The position numbers and the translations under genes were made by a program. Below are positions 14,901 to 28,710 of a stretch of 64,000 nt of DNA, in pieces. Origin of the DNA: Eledone cirrhosa (lineage: Eukaryota); contig OZ024742.1 in NCBI GenBank assembly GCA_964016885.1, forward strand, positions 364,622,001 through 364,686,000. The letters run 5' to 3'. Every line of letters begins with the position of its first letter. The stretch's first letter is position 1. The notes below the pieces were generated by a model. The model did no database searches, was not told where the DNA came from, and was given only the letters and a program-made list of their open reading frames with translations.

Positions 14901-17900
14901 TGGTTTGATAATAGAAAATACCGGTGTTTGTTCTTGTAGAGTGTATATGGTTTGGTAATAGAAAATACCGGTGTTTGTTGTTGTAGAGTGTATATGGTTT
15001 GGTAATAGAGAATACCGGTGTTTGTTGTTGTAGAGTGTATATGGTTTGGTAATAGAGAATACCGGTGTTTGTTGTTGTAGAGTGTATATGGTTTGGTAAT
15101 AGAGAATACCGGTGTTTGTTATTGTAGACTGTATATGGTTTGGTAATAGAGAATACTGGTGATTGTTGTTGTAGACTGTATATGGTTTGATAATAGAGAA
15201 TAACGGTGTTTGTTGTTGTAGACTGTATATGGTTTGATAATAGAGAATACCGGTGTTTGTTGTTGTAGACTGTATATGGTTTGATAATAGAGAATACCGG
15301 TGTTTGTTGTTGTAGACTGTATATGGTTTGATAATAGAGAATACCGGTGTTTGTTGTTGTAGACTGTATATGGTTTGATAATAGAGAATACCGGTGTTTG
15401 TTGTTGTAGACTGTATATGGTTTGGTAATAAAGAATACAGTTGTTTGTTGTTGTAGACTGTATATGGTTTGGTAATAGAGTATACCGGTGTTTGTTGTTG
15501 TAGACTGTATATGGTTTGATAATAGAGAATACGGGTGTTTGTTGTTGTAGACTGTATATGGTTTGATAATAGAGAATACCGGTGTTTGTTGTTGTAGACT
15601 GTATATGGTTTGATGATAGAGAATACCGGTGTTTGTTGTTGTAGACTGTATATGGTTTGGTAATAGAGAATACCGGTGTTTGTTGTTGTAGACTGTATAT
15701 GGTTTGATAATAGAGAATACCGGTGTTTGTTGTTGTAGACTGTATATGGTTTGATAATAGAGAATACCGGTGTTTGTTGTTGTAGACTGTATATGGTTTG
15801 ATAATAGAGAATACCGGTGTTTGTTGTTGTAGAGTGTATATGGTTTGGTAATAGAGAATACCGGTGTTTGTTGTTGTAGAGTGTATATGGTTTGATAATA
15901 GAGAATACCGGTGTTTGTTGTTGTAGACTGTATATGGTTTGGTAATAAAGAATACAGTTGTTTGTTGTTGTAGACTGTATATGGTTTGGTAATAGACAAT
16001 ACCGGTGTTTGTTGTTGTAGACTTATATGGTTTGATAATAGAGAATACCGGTGTTTGTTGTAGTAGACTGTATGTGGTTTGGTAATAGAGAATACCCGTG
16101 TTTGTTGTTGTAGACTGTATATGGTTTGATAATAGAGAATCCCGGTGTTTGTTGTTGTAGACTGTATATGGTTTGGTAATAAAGAATACAGTTGTTTGTT
16201 GTTGTAGACTGTATATGGTTTGGTAATAGAGAATACCGGTGTTTGTTGTTGTAGACTGTATATGGTTTGATAATAGAGAATACCGCTGTTTGTTGTTGTA
16301 GACTGTATATGGTTTGGTAATAAAGAATACAGTTGTTTGTTGTTGTAGACTGTATATGGTTTGGTAATAGAGAATACCGGTGTTTGTTGTTGTAGACTGT
16401 ATATGGTTTGATAATAGAGAATGCCGGTGTGTGTTGTTGTAGACTGTATATGGTTTGGTAATAAAGAATACAGTTGTTTGTTGTTGTAGACTGTATATGG
16501 TTTGGTAATAGAGAATACCGGTGTTTGTTGTTGTAGACTGTATATGGTTTGATAATAGAGAATACCGGTGTTTGTTGTTGTAGACTGTATATGGTTTGGT
16601 AATAGAGAATACCGGTGTTTGTTGTTGTAGACTGTATATGGTTTGGTAATAGAGAATACCGATGTTTGTTGTTGTAGACTGTATATGGTTTGGTAATAGA
16701 GAAAACCAGTGTTTGTTGTTGTAGACTGTATATGGTTTGATAATAGAGAATACCGGTGTTTGTTGTTGTAGACTGTATATGGTTTGGTAATAGAGAATAC
16801 TGGTGTTTGTTGTTGTAGACTGTATATGGTTTGGTAATAGAGAATACCGGTGTTTGTTGTAGTAGACTGTATATGGTTTGATAATAGAGAATACCGGTGT
16901 TTGTTGTTGTAGAGTGTATATGGGTTGATAATAGAGAATACCGGTGTTTGTTGTTGTAGAGTGTATATGGTTTGATAATAGAGAATACCGGTGTTTGTTG
17001 TTGTAGAGTGTATATGGTTTGGTAATAGAGAATACCGGTGTTTGTTGTTGTAGACTGTATATGGTTTGATAATAGAGAATACCGGTGTTTGTTGTAGTAG
17101 ACTGTATATGGTTTGATAATAGAGAATACCGGTGTTTGTTGTTGTAGAGTGTATATGGTTTGGTAATAGAGAATACCGGTGTTTGTTGTTGTAGACTGTA
17201 TATGGTTTGATAATAGAGAATACCGGTGTTTGTTGTAGTAGACTGTATATGGTTTGATAATAGAGAATACCGGTGTTTGTTGTTGTAGACTGTATATGGT
17301 TTGGTAATAGAGAACACCGGTGTTTGTTGTTGTAGACTGTATATGGTTTGGTAATAGAGAATACCGGTGTTTGTTGTTGTAGACTGTATATGGTTTGGTA
17401 ATAGAGAATACCGGTGTTTGTTGTTGTAGACTGTATATGTTTTGATAATAGAGAATACCGGTGTTTGTTGTTGTAGACTGTATATGGTTTGATAATAGAG
17501 AATACCGGTGTTTGTTGTAGTAGAGTGTATATGGTTTGGTAATAGAGAATACCGGTGTTTGTTGTTGTAGACTGTATATGGTTTGGTAATAGAGAATACC
17601 GGTGTTTGTTGTTGTAGACTGTATATGGTTTGGTAATAGAGAATACCGGTGTTTGTTGTTGTAGACTGTATATGGTTTGGTAATAGAGAAAACCAGTGTT
17701 TGTTGTTGTAGACTGTATATGGTTTGATAATAGAGAATACCGGTGTTTGTTGTTGTATACTGTATATGGTTTGGTAATAGAGAATACTGGTGTTTGTTGT
17801 TGTAGACTGTATATGGTTTGGTAATAGAGAATACCGGTGTTTGTTGTAGTAGACTGTATATGTTTTGATAATAGAGAATACCGGTGTTTGTTGTTGTAGA

Positions 17901-19750
17901 GTGTATATGGGTTGATAATAGAGAATACCGGTGTTTGTTGTTGTAGACTGTATATGGTTTGATAATAGAGAATACCGGTGTTTGTTGTTGTAGAGTGTAT
18001 ATGGTTTGATAATAGAGAATACCGGTGTTTGTTGTTGTAGACTGTATATGGTTTGATAATAGAGAATACCGGTGTTTGTTGTTGTAGAGTGTATATTGTT
18101 TGGTAATAGAGAATACCGGTGTTTGTTGTTGTAGACTGTATATGGTTTGATAATAGAGAACACCGGTGTTTGTTGTTGTAGACTATATATGGTTTGGTAA
18201 TACAGAACACCGGTGTTTGTTGTTGTAGACTGTATATGGTTTGATAATATAGAATACCGGTGTTTGTTGTTGTAGACTGTATATGGTTTGATAATAGAGA
18301 ATACCGGTGTTTGTTGTTGTAGACTGTATATGGTTTGATAATAGAGAATACCGGTGTTTGTTGTTGTAGACTGTATATGGTTTGGTAATAGAGAATACCG
18401 GTGTTTGTTGTTGTAGACTGTATATGGCTTGATAATAGAGAATACCGGTGTTTGTTGTTGTAGACTGTATATGGTTTGACAATAGAGAATACCGGTGTTT
18501 GTTGTTGTAGAGTGTATATGGTTTGGTAATAGAGAATACCGGTGTTTGTTGTTGTAGAGTGTATATGGTTTGGTAATAAAGAATACAGTTGTTTGTTGTT
18601 GTAGACTGTATATGGTTTGGTAATAGAGAATACCGGTGTTTGTTGTTGTAGACTGTATATGGTTTGATAATAGAGAATACCGGTGTTTGTTGTTGTAGAC
18701 TGTATATGGTTTGGTAATAAAGAATACAGTTGTTTGTTGTTGTAGACTGTATATGGTTTGGTAATAGAGAATACCGGTGTTTGTTGTTGTAGACTGTATA
18801 TGGTTTGATAATAGAGAATACCGGTGTTTGTTGTTGTAGACTGTATATGGTTTGGTAATAAAGAATACAGTTGTTTGTTGTTGTAGACTGTATATGGTTT
18901 GGTAATAGAGAGTACCGGTGTTTGTTGTTGTAGACTGTATATGGTTTGATAATAGAGAATACCGGTGTTTGTTGTTGTAGACTGTATATGGTTTGGTAAT
19001 AAAGAATACAGTTGTTTGTTGTTGTAGACTGTATATGGTTTGGTAATAGAGAATACCGGTGTTTGTTGTTGTAGACTGTATATGGTTTGGTAATAGAGAA
19101 CAACGGTGTTTGTTGTTGTAGACTGTATATGGTTTGATAATAAAGAATACCGGTGTTTGTTGTTGTAGACTGTATATTGTTTGGTAATAGAGAATACCGG
19201 TGTTTGTTGTTGTAGACTGTATATGGTTTGATAATAGAGAATACTGGTGTTTGTGTGTGTAGAGTGTATATGGTTTAGTAATAGAGAATACCGGTGTTTG
19301 TTGTTGTAGACTGTATATGGTTTGGTAATAGAGAATACCGGTGTTTGTTGTTGTAGACTGTATATGGTTTGGTAATAGAGAATACCGGTGTTTGTTGTTG
19401 TAGACTGTATATGGTTTGATAATAGAGAATACCGGTGTTTGTTGTTGTAGAGTGTATATGGTTTGATAATAGAGAATACCGGTGTTTGTTGTTGTAGAGT
19501 GTATATGGTTTGATAATAGAAAATACCGGTGTTTGTTCTTGTAGAGTGTATATGGTTTGGTAATAGAAAATACCGGTGTTTGTTGTTGTAGAGTGTATAT
19601 GGTTTGGTAATAGAGAATACCGGTGTTTGTTGTTGTAGAGTGTATATGGTTTGGTAATAGAGAATACCGGTGTTTGTTGTTGTAGAGTGTATATGGTTTG
19701 GTAATAGAGAATACCGGTGTTTGTTATTGTAGACTGTATATGGTTTGGTA
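10480..19750. repeat. Tandem duplication with period about 4652 bp (99 monomers minus 1 bp), becoming 4605 distally
   Basis: gagtata 10829/15481 and ORF starts 13558/18210 are at offset 4652. ORF starts 14498/19103 are at offset 4605, one monomer less. Confidence 0.88.
13952..14421. repeat. Four-unit trimer block, recurring at 18557-19026, 26405-26874, 29225-29694, 45288-45757 and 48108-48577
   Basis: C monomers start at 13952, 14093, 14234 and 14375. The first always has the gagt variant, and the block is always followed by aacac, gataataaag, tattgttt, tactgg and tttagt variants. Confidence 0.9.
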
Positions 19751-22700
19751 ATAGAGAATACCGGTGTTTGTTGTTGTAGACTGTATATGGTTTGATAATA
19801 GAAAATACCGGTGTTTGTTGTTGTAGACTGTATATGGTTTGATAATAGAGAATACCGGTGTTTGTTGTAGTAGACTGTATATGGTTTGGTAATAGAGAAT
19901 ACCGGTGTTTGTTATTGTAGACTGTATATGGTTTGGTAATAGAGAATACCGGTGTTTGTTGTTGTAGACTGTATATGGTTTGATAATAGAGAATACCGGT
20001 GTTTGTTGTTGTAGACTGTATATGGTTTGGTAATAGAGAATATCGGTGTTTGTTGTTGTAGACAGTATATGGTTTGATAATAGAGAATACCGGTGTTTGT
20101 TGTTGTAGAGTGTATATGGTTTGATAATAGAGAATACCGGTGTTTGTTGTTGTAGCGTGTATATGGTTTGATAATAGAGAATACCGGTGTTTGTTGTTGT
20201 AGAGTGTATATGGTTTGATAATAGAGAATACCGGTGTTTGTCGTTGTAGACTGTATATGGTTTGGTAATAGAGAATACCGGTGTTTGTTGTAGTAGACTG
20301 TATATGGTTTGGTAATAGAGAATACCGGTGTTTGTTGTTGTAGACTGTATATGGTTTGGTAATAGAGAATACCGGTGTTTGTTGTAGTAGGCTGTATATG
20401 GTTTGGTAATAGAGAATACCGGTGTTTGTTGTTGTAGACTGTATATGGTTTGATAATAGAGAATACCGGTGTTTGTTGTAGTAGACTGTATATGGTTTGG
20501 TAATAGAGAATACCGGTGTTTGTTGTTGTAGACTGTATATGGTTTGGTAATAGAGAATACCGGTGTTTGTTGTAGTAGGCTGTATATGGTTTGGTAATAG
20601 AGAATACCGGTGTTTGTTGTTGTAGACTGTATATGGTTTGATAATAGAGAATACCGGTGTTTGTTGTAGTAGACTGTATATGGTTTGGTAATAGAGAATA
20701 CCGGTGTTTGTTGTTGTAGACTGTATATGGTTTGATAATAGAGAATACCGGTGTTTGTTGTTGTAGAGTGTATATGGTTTGGTAATAGAGAATACCGGTG
20801 TTTGTTGTAGTAGATTGTATATGGTTTGGTAATAGAGAATACCGGTGTTTGTTGTTGTAGAGTGTATATGGTTTGGTAATAGAGAATACCGGTGTTTGTT
20901 GTTGTAGACTGTATATGGTTTGGTAATAGAGAATACCGGTGTTTGTTGTTGTAGACTGTATATGGTTTGGTAATAGAGAATACCGGTGTTTGTTGTTGTA
21001 GACTGTATATGGTTTGGTAATAGAGAATACCGGTGTTTGTTGTAGTAGACTATATATGGTTTGGTAATAGAGAATACCGGTGTTTGTTGTTGTAGACTGT
21101 ATATGGTTTGGTAATAGAGAATACCGGTGTTTGTTGTAGTAGACTGTATATGGTTTGGTAATAGAGAATACCGGTGTTTGTTGTTGTAGACTGGATATGG
21201 TTTGGTAATAGAGAATACCGGTGTTTGTTGTAGTAGACTATATATGGTTTGGTAATAGAGAATACCGGTGTTTGTTGTTGTAGAGTGTATATGGTTTGAT
21301 AATAGAAAATACCGGTGTTTGTTCTTGTAGAGTGTATATGGTTTGGTAATAGAAAATACCGGTGTTTGTTGTTGTAGAGTGTATATGGTTTGGTAATAGA
21401 GAATACCGGTGTTTGTTGTTGTAGAGTGTATATGGTTTGGTAATAGAGAATACCGGTGTTTGTTGTTGTAGAGTGTATATGGTTTGGTAATAGAGAATAC
21501 CGGTGTTTGTTATTGTAGACTGTATATGGTTTGGTAATAGAGAATACTGGTGATTGTTGTTGTAGACTGTATATGGTTTGATAATAGAGAATACCGGTGT
21601 TTGTTGTAGTAGGCTGTATATGGTTTGGTAATAGAGAATACCGGTGTTTGTTGTTGTAGAGTGTATATGGTTTGATAATAGAGAATACCGGTGTTTGTTG
21701 TTGTAGCGTGTATATGGTTTGATAATAGAGAATACCGGTGTTTGTTGTTGTAGAGTGTATATGGTTTGATAATAGAGAATACCGGTGTTTGTCGTTGTAG
21801 ACTGTATATGGTTTGGTAATAGAGAATACCGGTGTTTGTTGTAGTAGACTGTATATGGTTTGGTAATAGAGAATACCGGTGTTTGTTGTTGTAGACTGTA
21901 TATGGTTTGGTAATAGAGAATACCGGTGTTTGTTGTAGTAGGCTGTATATGGTTTGGTAATAGAGAATACCGGTGTTTGTTGTTGTAGACTGTATATGGT
22001 TTGATAATAGAGAATACCGGTGTTTGTTGTAGTAGACTGTATATGGTTTGGTAATAGAGAATACCGGTGTTTGTTGTTGTAGACTGTATATGGTTTGGTA
22101 ATAGAGAATACCGGTGTTTGTTGTAGTAGGCTGTATATGGTTTGGTAATAGAGAATACCGGTGTTTGTTGTTGTAGACTGTATATGGTTTGATAATAGAG
22201 AATACCGGTGTTTGTTGTAGTAGACTGTATATGGTTTGGTAATAGAGAATACCGGTGTTTGTTGTTGTAGACTGTATATGGTTTGATAATAGAGAATACC
22301 GGTGTTTGTTGTTGTAGAGTGTATATGGTTTGGTAATAGAGAATACCGGTGTTTGTTGTAGTAGATTGTATATGGTTTGGTAATAGAGAATACCGGTGTT
22401 TGTTGTTGTAGAGTGTATATGGTTTGGTAATAGAGAATACCGGTGTTTGTTGTTGTAGACTGTATATGGTTTGGTAATAGAGAATACCGGTGTTTGTTGT
22501 TGTAGACTGTATATGGTTTGGTAATAGAGAATACCGGTGTTTGTTGTTGTAGACTGTATATGGTTTGGTAATAGAGAATACCGGTGTTTGTTGTAGTAGA
22601 CTATATATGGTTTGGTAATAGAGAATACCGGTGTTTGTTGTTGTAGACTGTATATGGTTTGGTAATAGAGAATACCGGTGTTTGTTGTAGTAGACTGTAT

Positions 22701-25700
22701 ATGGTTTGGTAATAGAGAATACCGGTGTTTGTTGTTGTAGACTGGATATGGTTTGGTAATAGAGAATACCGGTGTTTGTTGTAGTAGACTATATATGGTT
22801 TGGTAATAGAGAATACCGGTGTTTGTTGTTGTAGAGTGTATATGGTTTGATAATAGAAAATACCGGTGTTTGTTCTTGTAGAGTGTATATGGTTTGGTAA
22901 TAGAAAATACCGGTGTTTGTTGTTGTAGAGTGTATATGGTTTGGTAATAGAGAATACCGGTGTTTGTTGTTGTAGAGTGTATATGGTTTGGTAATAGAGA
23001 ATACCGGTGTTTGTTGTTGTAGAGTGTATATGGTTTGGTAATAGAGAATACCGGTGTTTGTTATTGTAGACTGTATATGGTTTGGTAATAGAGAATACTG
23101 GTGATTGTTGTTGTAGACTGTATATGGTTTGATAATAGAGAATACCGGTGTTTGTTGTTGTAGACTGTATATGGTTTGATAATAGAGAATACCGGTGTTT
23201 GTTGTTGTAGACTGTATATGGTTTGATAATAGAGAATACCGGTGTTTGTTGTTGTAGACTGTATATGGTTTGATAATAGAGAATACCGGTGTTTGTTGTT
23301 GTAGACTGTATATGGTTTGATAATAGAGAATACCGGTGTTTGTTGTTGTAGACTGTATATGGTTTGGTAATAAAGAATACAGTTGTTTGTTGTTGTAGAC
23401 TGTATATGGTTTGGTAATAGAGTATACCGGTGTTTGTTGTTGTAGACTGTATATGGTTTGATAATAGAGAATACGGGTGTTTGTTGTTGTAGACTGTATA
23501 TGGTTTGATAATAGAGAATACCGGTGTTTGTTGTTGTAGACTGTATATGGTTTGATGATAGAGAATACCGGTGTTTGTTGTTGTAGACTGTATATGGTTT
23601 GGTAATAGAGAATACCGGTGTTTGTTGTTGTAGACTGTATATGGTTTGATAATAGAGAATACCGGTGTTTGTTGTTGTAGACTGTATATGGTTTGATAAT
23701 AGAGAATACCGGTGTTTGTTGTTGTAGACTGTATATGGTTTGATAATAGAGAATACCGGTGTTTGTTGTTGTAGAGTGTATATGGTTTGGTAATAGAGAA
23801 TACCGGTGTTTGTTGTTGTAGAGTGTATATGGTTTGATAATAGAGAATACCGGTGTTTGTTGTTGTAGACTGTATATGGTTTGGTAATAAAGAATACAGT
23901 TGTTTGTTGTTGTAGACTGTATATGGTTTGGTAATAGACAATACCGGTGTTTGTTGTTGTAGACTTATATGGTTTGATAATAGAGAATACCGGTGTTTGT
24001 TGTAGTAGACTGTATGTGGTTTGGTAATAGAGAATACCCGTGTTTGTTGTTGTAGACTGTATATGGTTTGATAATAGAGAATCCCGGTGTTTGTTGTTGT
24101 AGACTGTATATGGTTTGGTAATAAAGAATACAGTTGTTTGTTGTTGTAGACTGTATATGGTTTGGTAATAGAGAATACCGGTGTTTGTTGTTGTAGACTG
24201 TATATGGTTTGATAATAGAGAATACCGCTGTTTGTTGTTGTAGACTGTATATGGTTTGGTAATAAAGAATACAGTTGTTTGTTGTTGTAGACTGTATATG
24301 GTTTGGTAATAGAGAATACCGGTGTTTGTTGTTGTAGACTGTATATGGTTTGATAATAGAGAATGCCGGTGTGTGTTGTTGTAGACTGTATATGGTTTGG
24401 TAATAAAGAATACAGTTGTTTGTTGTTGTAGACTGTATATGGTTTGGTAATAGAGAATACCGGTGTTTGTTGTTGTAGACTGTATATGGTTTGATAATAG
24501 AGAATACCGGTGTTTGTTGTTGTAGACTGTATATGGTTTGGTAATAGAGAATACCGGTGTTTGTTGTTGTAGACTGTATATGGTTTGGTAATAGAGAATA
24601 CCGATGTTTGTTGTTGTAGACTGTATATGGTTTGGTAATAGAGAAAACCAGTGTTTGTTGTTGTAGACTGTATATGGTTTGATAATAGAGAATACCGGTG
24701 TTTGTTGTTGTAGACTGTATATGGTTTGGTAATAGAGAATACTGGTGTTTGTTGTTGTAGACTGTATATGGTTTGGTAATAGAGAATACCGGTGTTTGTT
24801 GTAGTAGACTGTATATGGTTTGATAATAGAGAATACCGGTGTTTGTTGTTGTAGAGTGTATATGGGTTGATAATAGAGAATACCGGTGTTTGTTGTTGTA
24901 GAGTGTATATGGTTTGATAATAGAGAATACCGGTGTTTGTTGTTGTAGAGTGTATATGGTTTGGTAATAGAGAATACCGGTGTTTGTTGTTGTAGACTGT
25001 ATATGGTTTGATAATAGAGAATACCGGTGTTTGTTGTAGTAGACTGTATATGGTTTGATAATAGAGAATACCGGTGTTTGTTGTTGTAGAGTGTATATGG
25101 TTTGGTAATAGAGAATACCGGTGTTTGTTGTTGTAGACTGTATATGGTTTGATAATAGAGAATACCGGTGTTTGTTGTAGTAGACTGTATATGGTTTGAT
25201 AATAGAGAATACCGGTGTTTGTTGTTGTAGACTGTATATGGTTTGGTAATAGAGAACACCGGTGTTTGTTGTTGTAGACTGTATATGGTTTGGTAATAGA
25301 GAATACCGGTGTTTGTTGTTGTAGACTCTATATGGTTTGGTAATAGAAAATACCGGTGTTTGTTGTTGTAGACTGTATATGTTTTGATAATAGAGAATAC
25401 CGGTGTTTGTTGTTGTAGACTGTATATGGTTTGATAATAGAGAATACCGGTGTTTGTTGTAGTAGAGTGTATATGGTTTGGTAATAGAGAATACCGGTGT
25501 TTGTTGTTGTAGACTGTATATGGTTTGGTAATAGAGAATACCGGTGTTTGTTGTTGTAGACTGTATATGGTTTGGTAATAGAGAATACCGGTGTTTGTTG
25601 TTGTAGACTGTATATGGTTTGGTAATAGAGAAAACCAGTGTTTGTTGTTGTAGACTGTATATGGTTTGATAATAGAGAATACCGGTGTTTGTTGTTGTAT

Positions 25701-28700
25701 ACTGTATATGGTTTGGTAATAGAGAATACTGGTGTTTGTTGTTGTAGACTGTATATGGTTTGGTAATAGAGAATACCGGTGTTTGTTGTAGTAGACTGTA
25801 TATGTTTTGATAATAGAGAATACCGGTGTTTGTTGTTGTAGAGTGTATATGGGTTGATAATAGAGAATACCGGTGTTTGTTGTTGTAGACTGTATATGGT
25901 TTGATAATAGAGAATACCGGTGTTTGTTGTTGTAGAGTGTATATGGTTTGATAATAGAGAATACCGGTGTTTGTTGTTGTAGACTGTATATGGTTTGATA
26001 ATAGAGAATACCGGTGTTTGTTGTTGTAGACTGTATATTGTTTGGTAATAGAGAATACCGGTGTTTGTTGTTGTAGACTGTATATGGTTTGATAATAGAG
26101 AATACCGGTGTTTGTTGTTGTAGACTGTATATGGTTTGATAATAGAGAATACCGGTGTTTGTTGTTGTAGACTGTATATGGTTTGGTAATAGAGAATACC
26201 GGTGTTTGTTGTTGTAGACTGTATATGGTTTGATAATAGAGAATACCGGTGTTTGTTGTTGTAGACTGTATATGGTTTGATAATAGAGAATACCGGTGTT
26301 TGTTGTTGTAGACTGTATATGGTTTGATAATAGAGAATACCGGTGTTTGTTGTTGTAGAGTGTATATGGTTTGGTAATAGAGAATACCGGTGTTTGTTGT
26401 TGTAGAGTGTATATGGTTTGGTAATAAAGAATACAGTTGTTTGTTGTTGTAGACTGTATATGGTTTGTTAATAGAGAATACCGGTGTTTGTTGTTGTAGA
26501 CTGTATATGGTTTGATAATAGAGAATACCGGTGTTTGTTGTTGTAGACTGTATATGGTTTGGTAATAAAGAATACAGTTGTTTGTTGTTGTAGACTGTAT
26601 ATGGTTTGGTAATAGAGAATACCGGTGTTTGTTGTTGTAGACTGTATATGGTTTGATAATAGAGAATACCGGTGTTTGTTGTTGTAGACTGTATATGGTT
26701 TGGTAATAAAGAATACAGTTGTTTGTTGTTGTAGACTGTATATGGTTTGGTAATAGAGAATACCGGTGTTTGTTGTTGTAGACTGTATATGGTTTGATAA
26801 TAGAGAATACCGGTGTTTGTTGTTGTAGACTGTATATGGTTTGGTAATAAAGAATACAGTTGTTTGTTGTTGTAGACTGTATATGGTTTGGTAATAGAGA
26901 ATACCGGTGTTTGTTGTTGTAGACTGTATATGGTTTGGTAATAGAGAACACCGGTGTTTGTTGTTGTAGACTGTATATGGTTTGATAATAAAGAATACCG
27001 GTGTTTGTTGTTGTAGACTGTATATTGTTTGGTAATAGAGAATACCGGTGTTTGTTGTTGTAGACTGTATATGGTTTGATAATAGAGAATACTGGTGTTT
27101 GTGTGTGTAGAGTGTATATGGTTTAGTAATAGAGAATACCGGTGTTTGTTGTTGTAGACTGTATATGGTTTGGTAATAGAGAATACCGGTGTTTGTTGTT
27201 GTAGACTGTATATGGTTTGGTAATAGAGAATACCGGTGTTTGTTGTTGTAGACTGTATATGGTTTGATAATAGAGAATACCGGTGTTTGTTGTTGTAGAG
27301 TGTATATGGTTTGATAATAGAGAATACCGGTGTTTGTTGTTGTAGAGTGTATATGGTTTGATAATAGAAAATACCGGTGTTTGTTCTTGTAGAGTGTATA
27401 TGGTTTGGTAATAGAAAATACCGGTGTTTGTTGTTGTAGAGTGTATATGGTTTGGTAATAGAGAATACCGGTGTTTGTTGTTGTAGAGTGTATATGGTTT
27501 GGTAATAGAGAATACCGGTGTTTGTTGTTGTAGAGTGTATATGGTTTGGTAATAGAGAATACCGGTGTTTGTTATTGTAGACTGTATATGGTTTGGTAAT
27601 AGAGAATACCGGTGTTTGTTGTTGTAGACTGTATATGGTTTGATAATAGAAAATACCGGTGTTTGTTGTTGTAGACTGTATATGGTTTGATAATAGAGAA
27701 TACCGGTGTTTGTTGTAGTAGACTGTATATGGTTTGGTAATAGAGAATACCGGTGTTTGTTATTGTAGACTGTATATGGTTTGGTAATAGAGAATACCGG
27801 TGTTTGTTGTTGTAGACTGTATATGGTTTGATAATAGAGAATACCGGTGTTTGTTGTTGTAGACTGTATATGGTTTGGTAATAGAGAATATCGGTGTTTG
27901 TTGTTGTAGACAGTATATGGTTTGATAATAGAGAATACCGGTGTTTGTTGTTGTAGAGTGTATATGGTTTGATAATAGAGAATACCGGTGTTTGTTGTTG
28001 TAGCGTGTATATGGTTTGATAATAGAGAATACCGGTGTTTGTTGTTGTAGAGTGTATATGGTTTGATAATAGAGAATACCGGTGTTTGTCGTTGTAGACT
28101 GTATATGGTTTGGTAATAGAGAATACCGGTGTTTGTTGTAGTAGACTGTATATGGTTTGGTAATAGAGAATACCGGTGTTTGTTGTTGTAGACTGTATAT
28201 GGTTTGGTAATAGAGAATACCGGTGTTTGTTGTAGTAGGCTGTATATGGTTTGGTAATAGAGAATACCGGTGTTTGTTGTTGTAGACTGTATATGGTTTG
28301 ATAATAGAGAATAACGGTGTTTGTTGTAGTAGACTGTATATGGTTTGGTAATAGAGAATACCGGTGTTTGTTGTTGTAGACTGTATATGGTTTGGTAATA
28401 GAGAATACCGGTGTTTGTTGTAGTAGGCTGTATATGGTTTGGTAATAGAGAATACCGGTGTTTGTTGTTGTAGACTGTATATGGTTTGATAATAGAGAAT
28501 ACCGGTGTTTGTTGTAGTAGACTGTATATGGTTTGGTAATAGAGAATACCGGTGTTTGTTGTTGTAGACTGTATATGGTTTGATAATAGAGAATACCGGT
28601 GTTTGTTGTTGTAGAGTGTATATGGTTTGGTAATAGAGAATACCGGTGTTTGTTGTTGTAGATTGTATATGGTTTGGTAATAGAGAATACCGGTGTTTGT

Positions 28701-28710
28701 TGTAGTAGAC
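14870..28710. repeat. Duplicated block about 14870-20860 repeated at about 22810-28710 (offset 7942, then 7848)
   Basis: atagaaaa 14911/22853 and ORF ends 15119/23061 give 7942 = 169 x 47 - 1. ORF starts 19103/26951, tagcgtg 20156/28004 and gattgta 20813/28661 give 7848 = 167 x 47 - 1. Confidence 0.85.
20100..23140. repeat. Tandem duplication with period 1551 bp (33 monomers)
   Basis: tagcgtg at 20156/21707, followed by the same series of gtcgtt, taggctg, gattgta, gactgga, gttctt, gttatt and ctggtgatt variants. Confidence 0.88.
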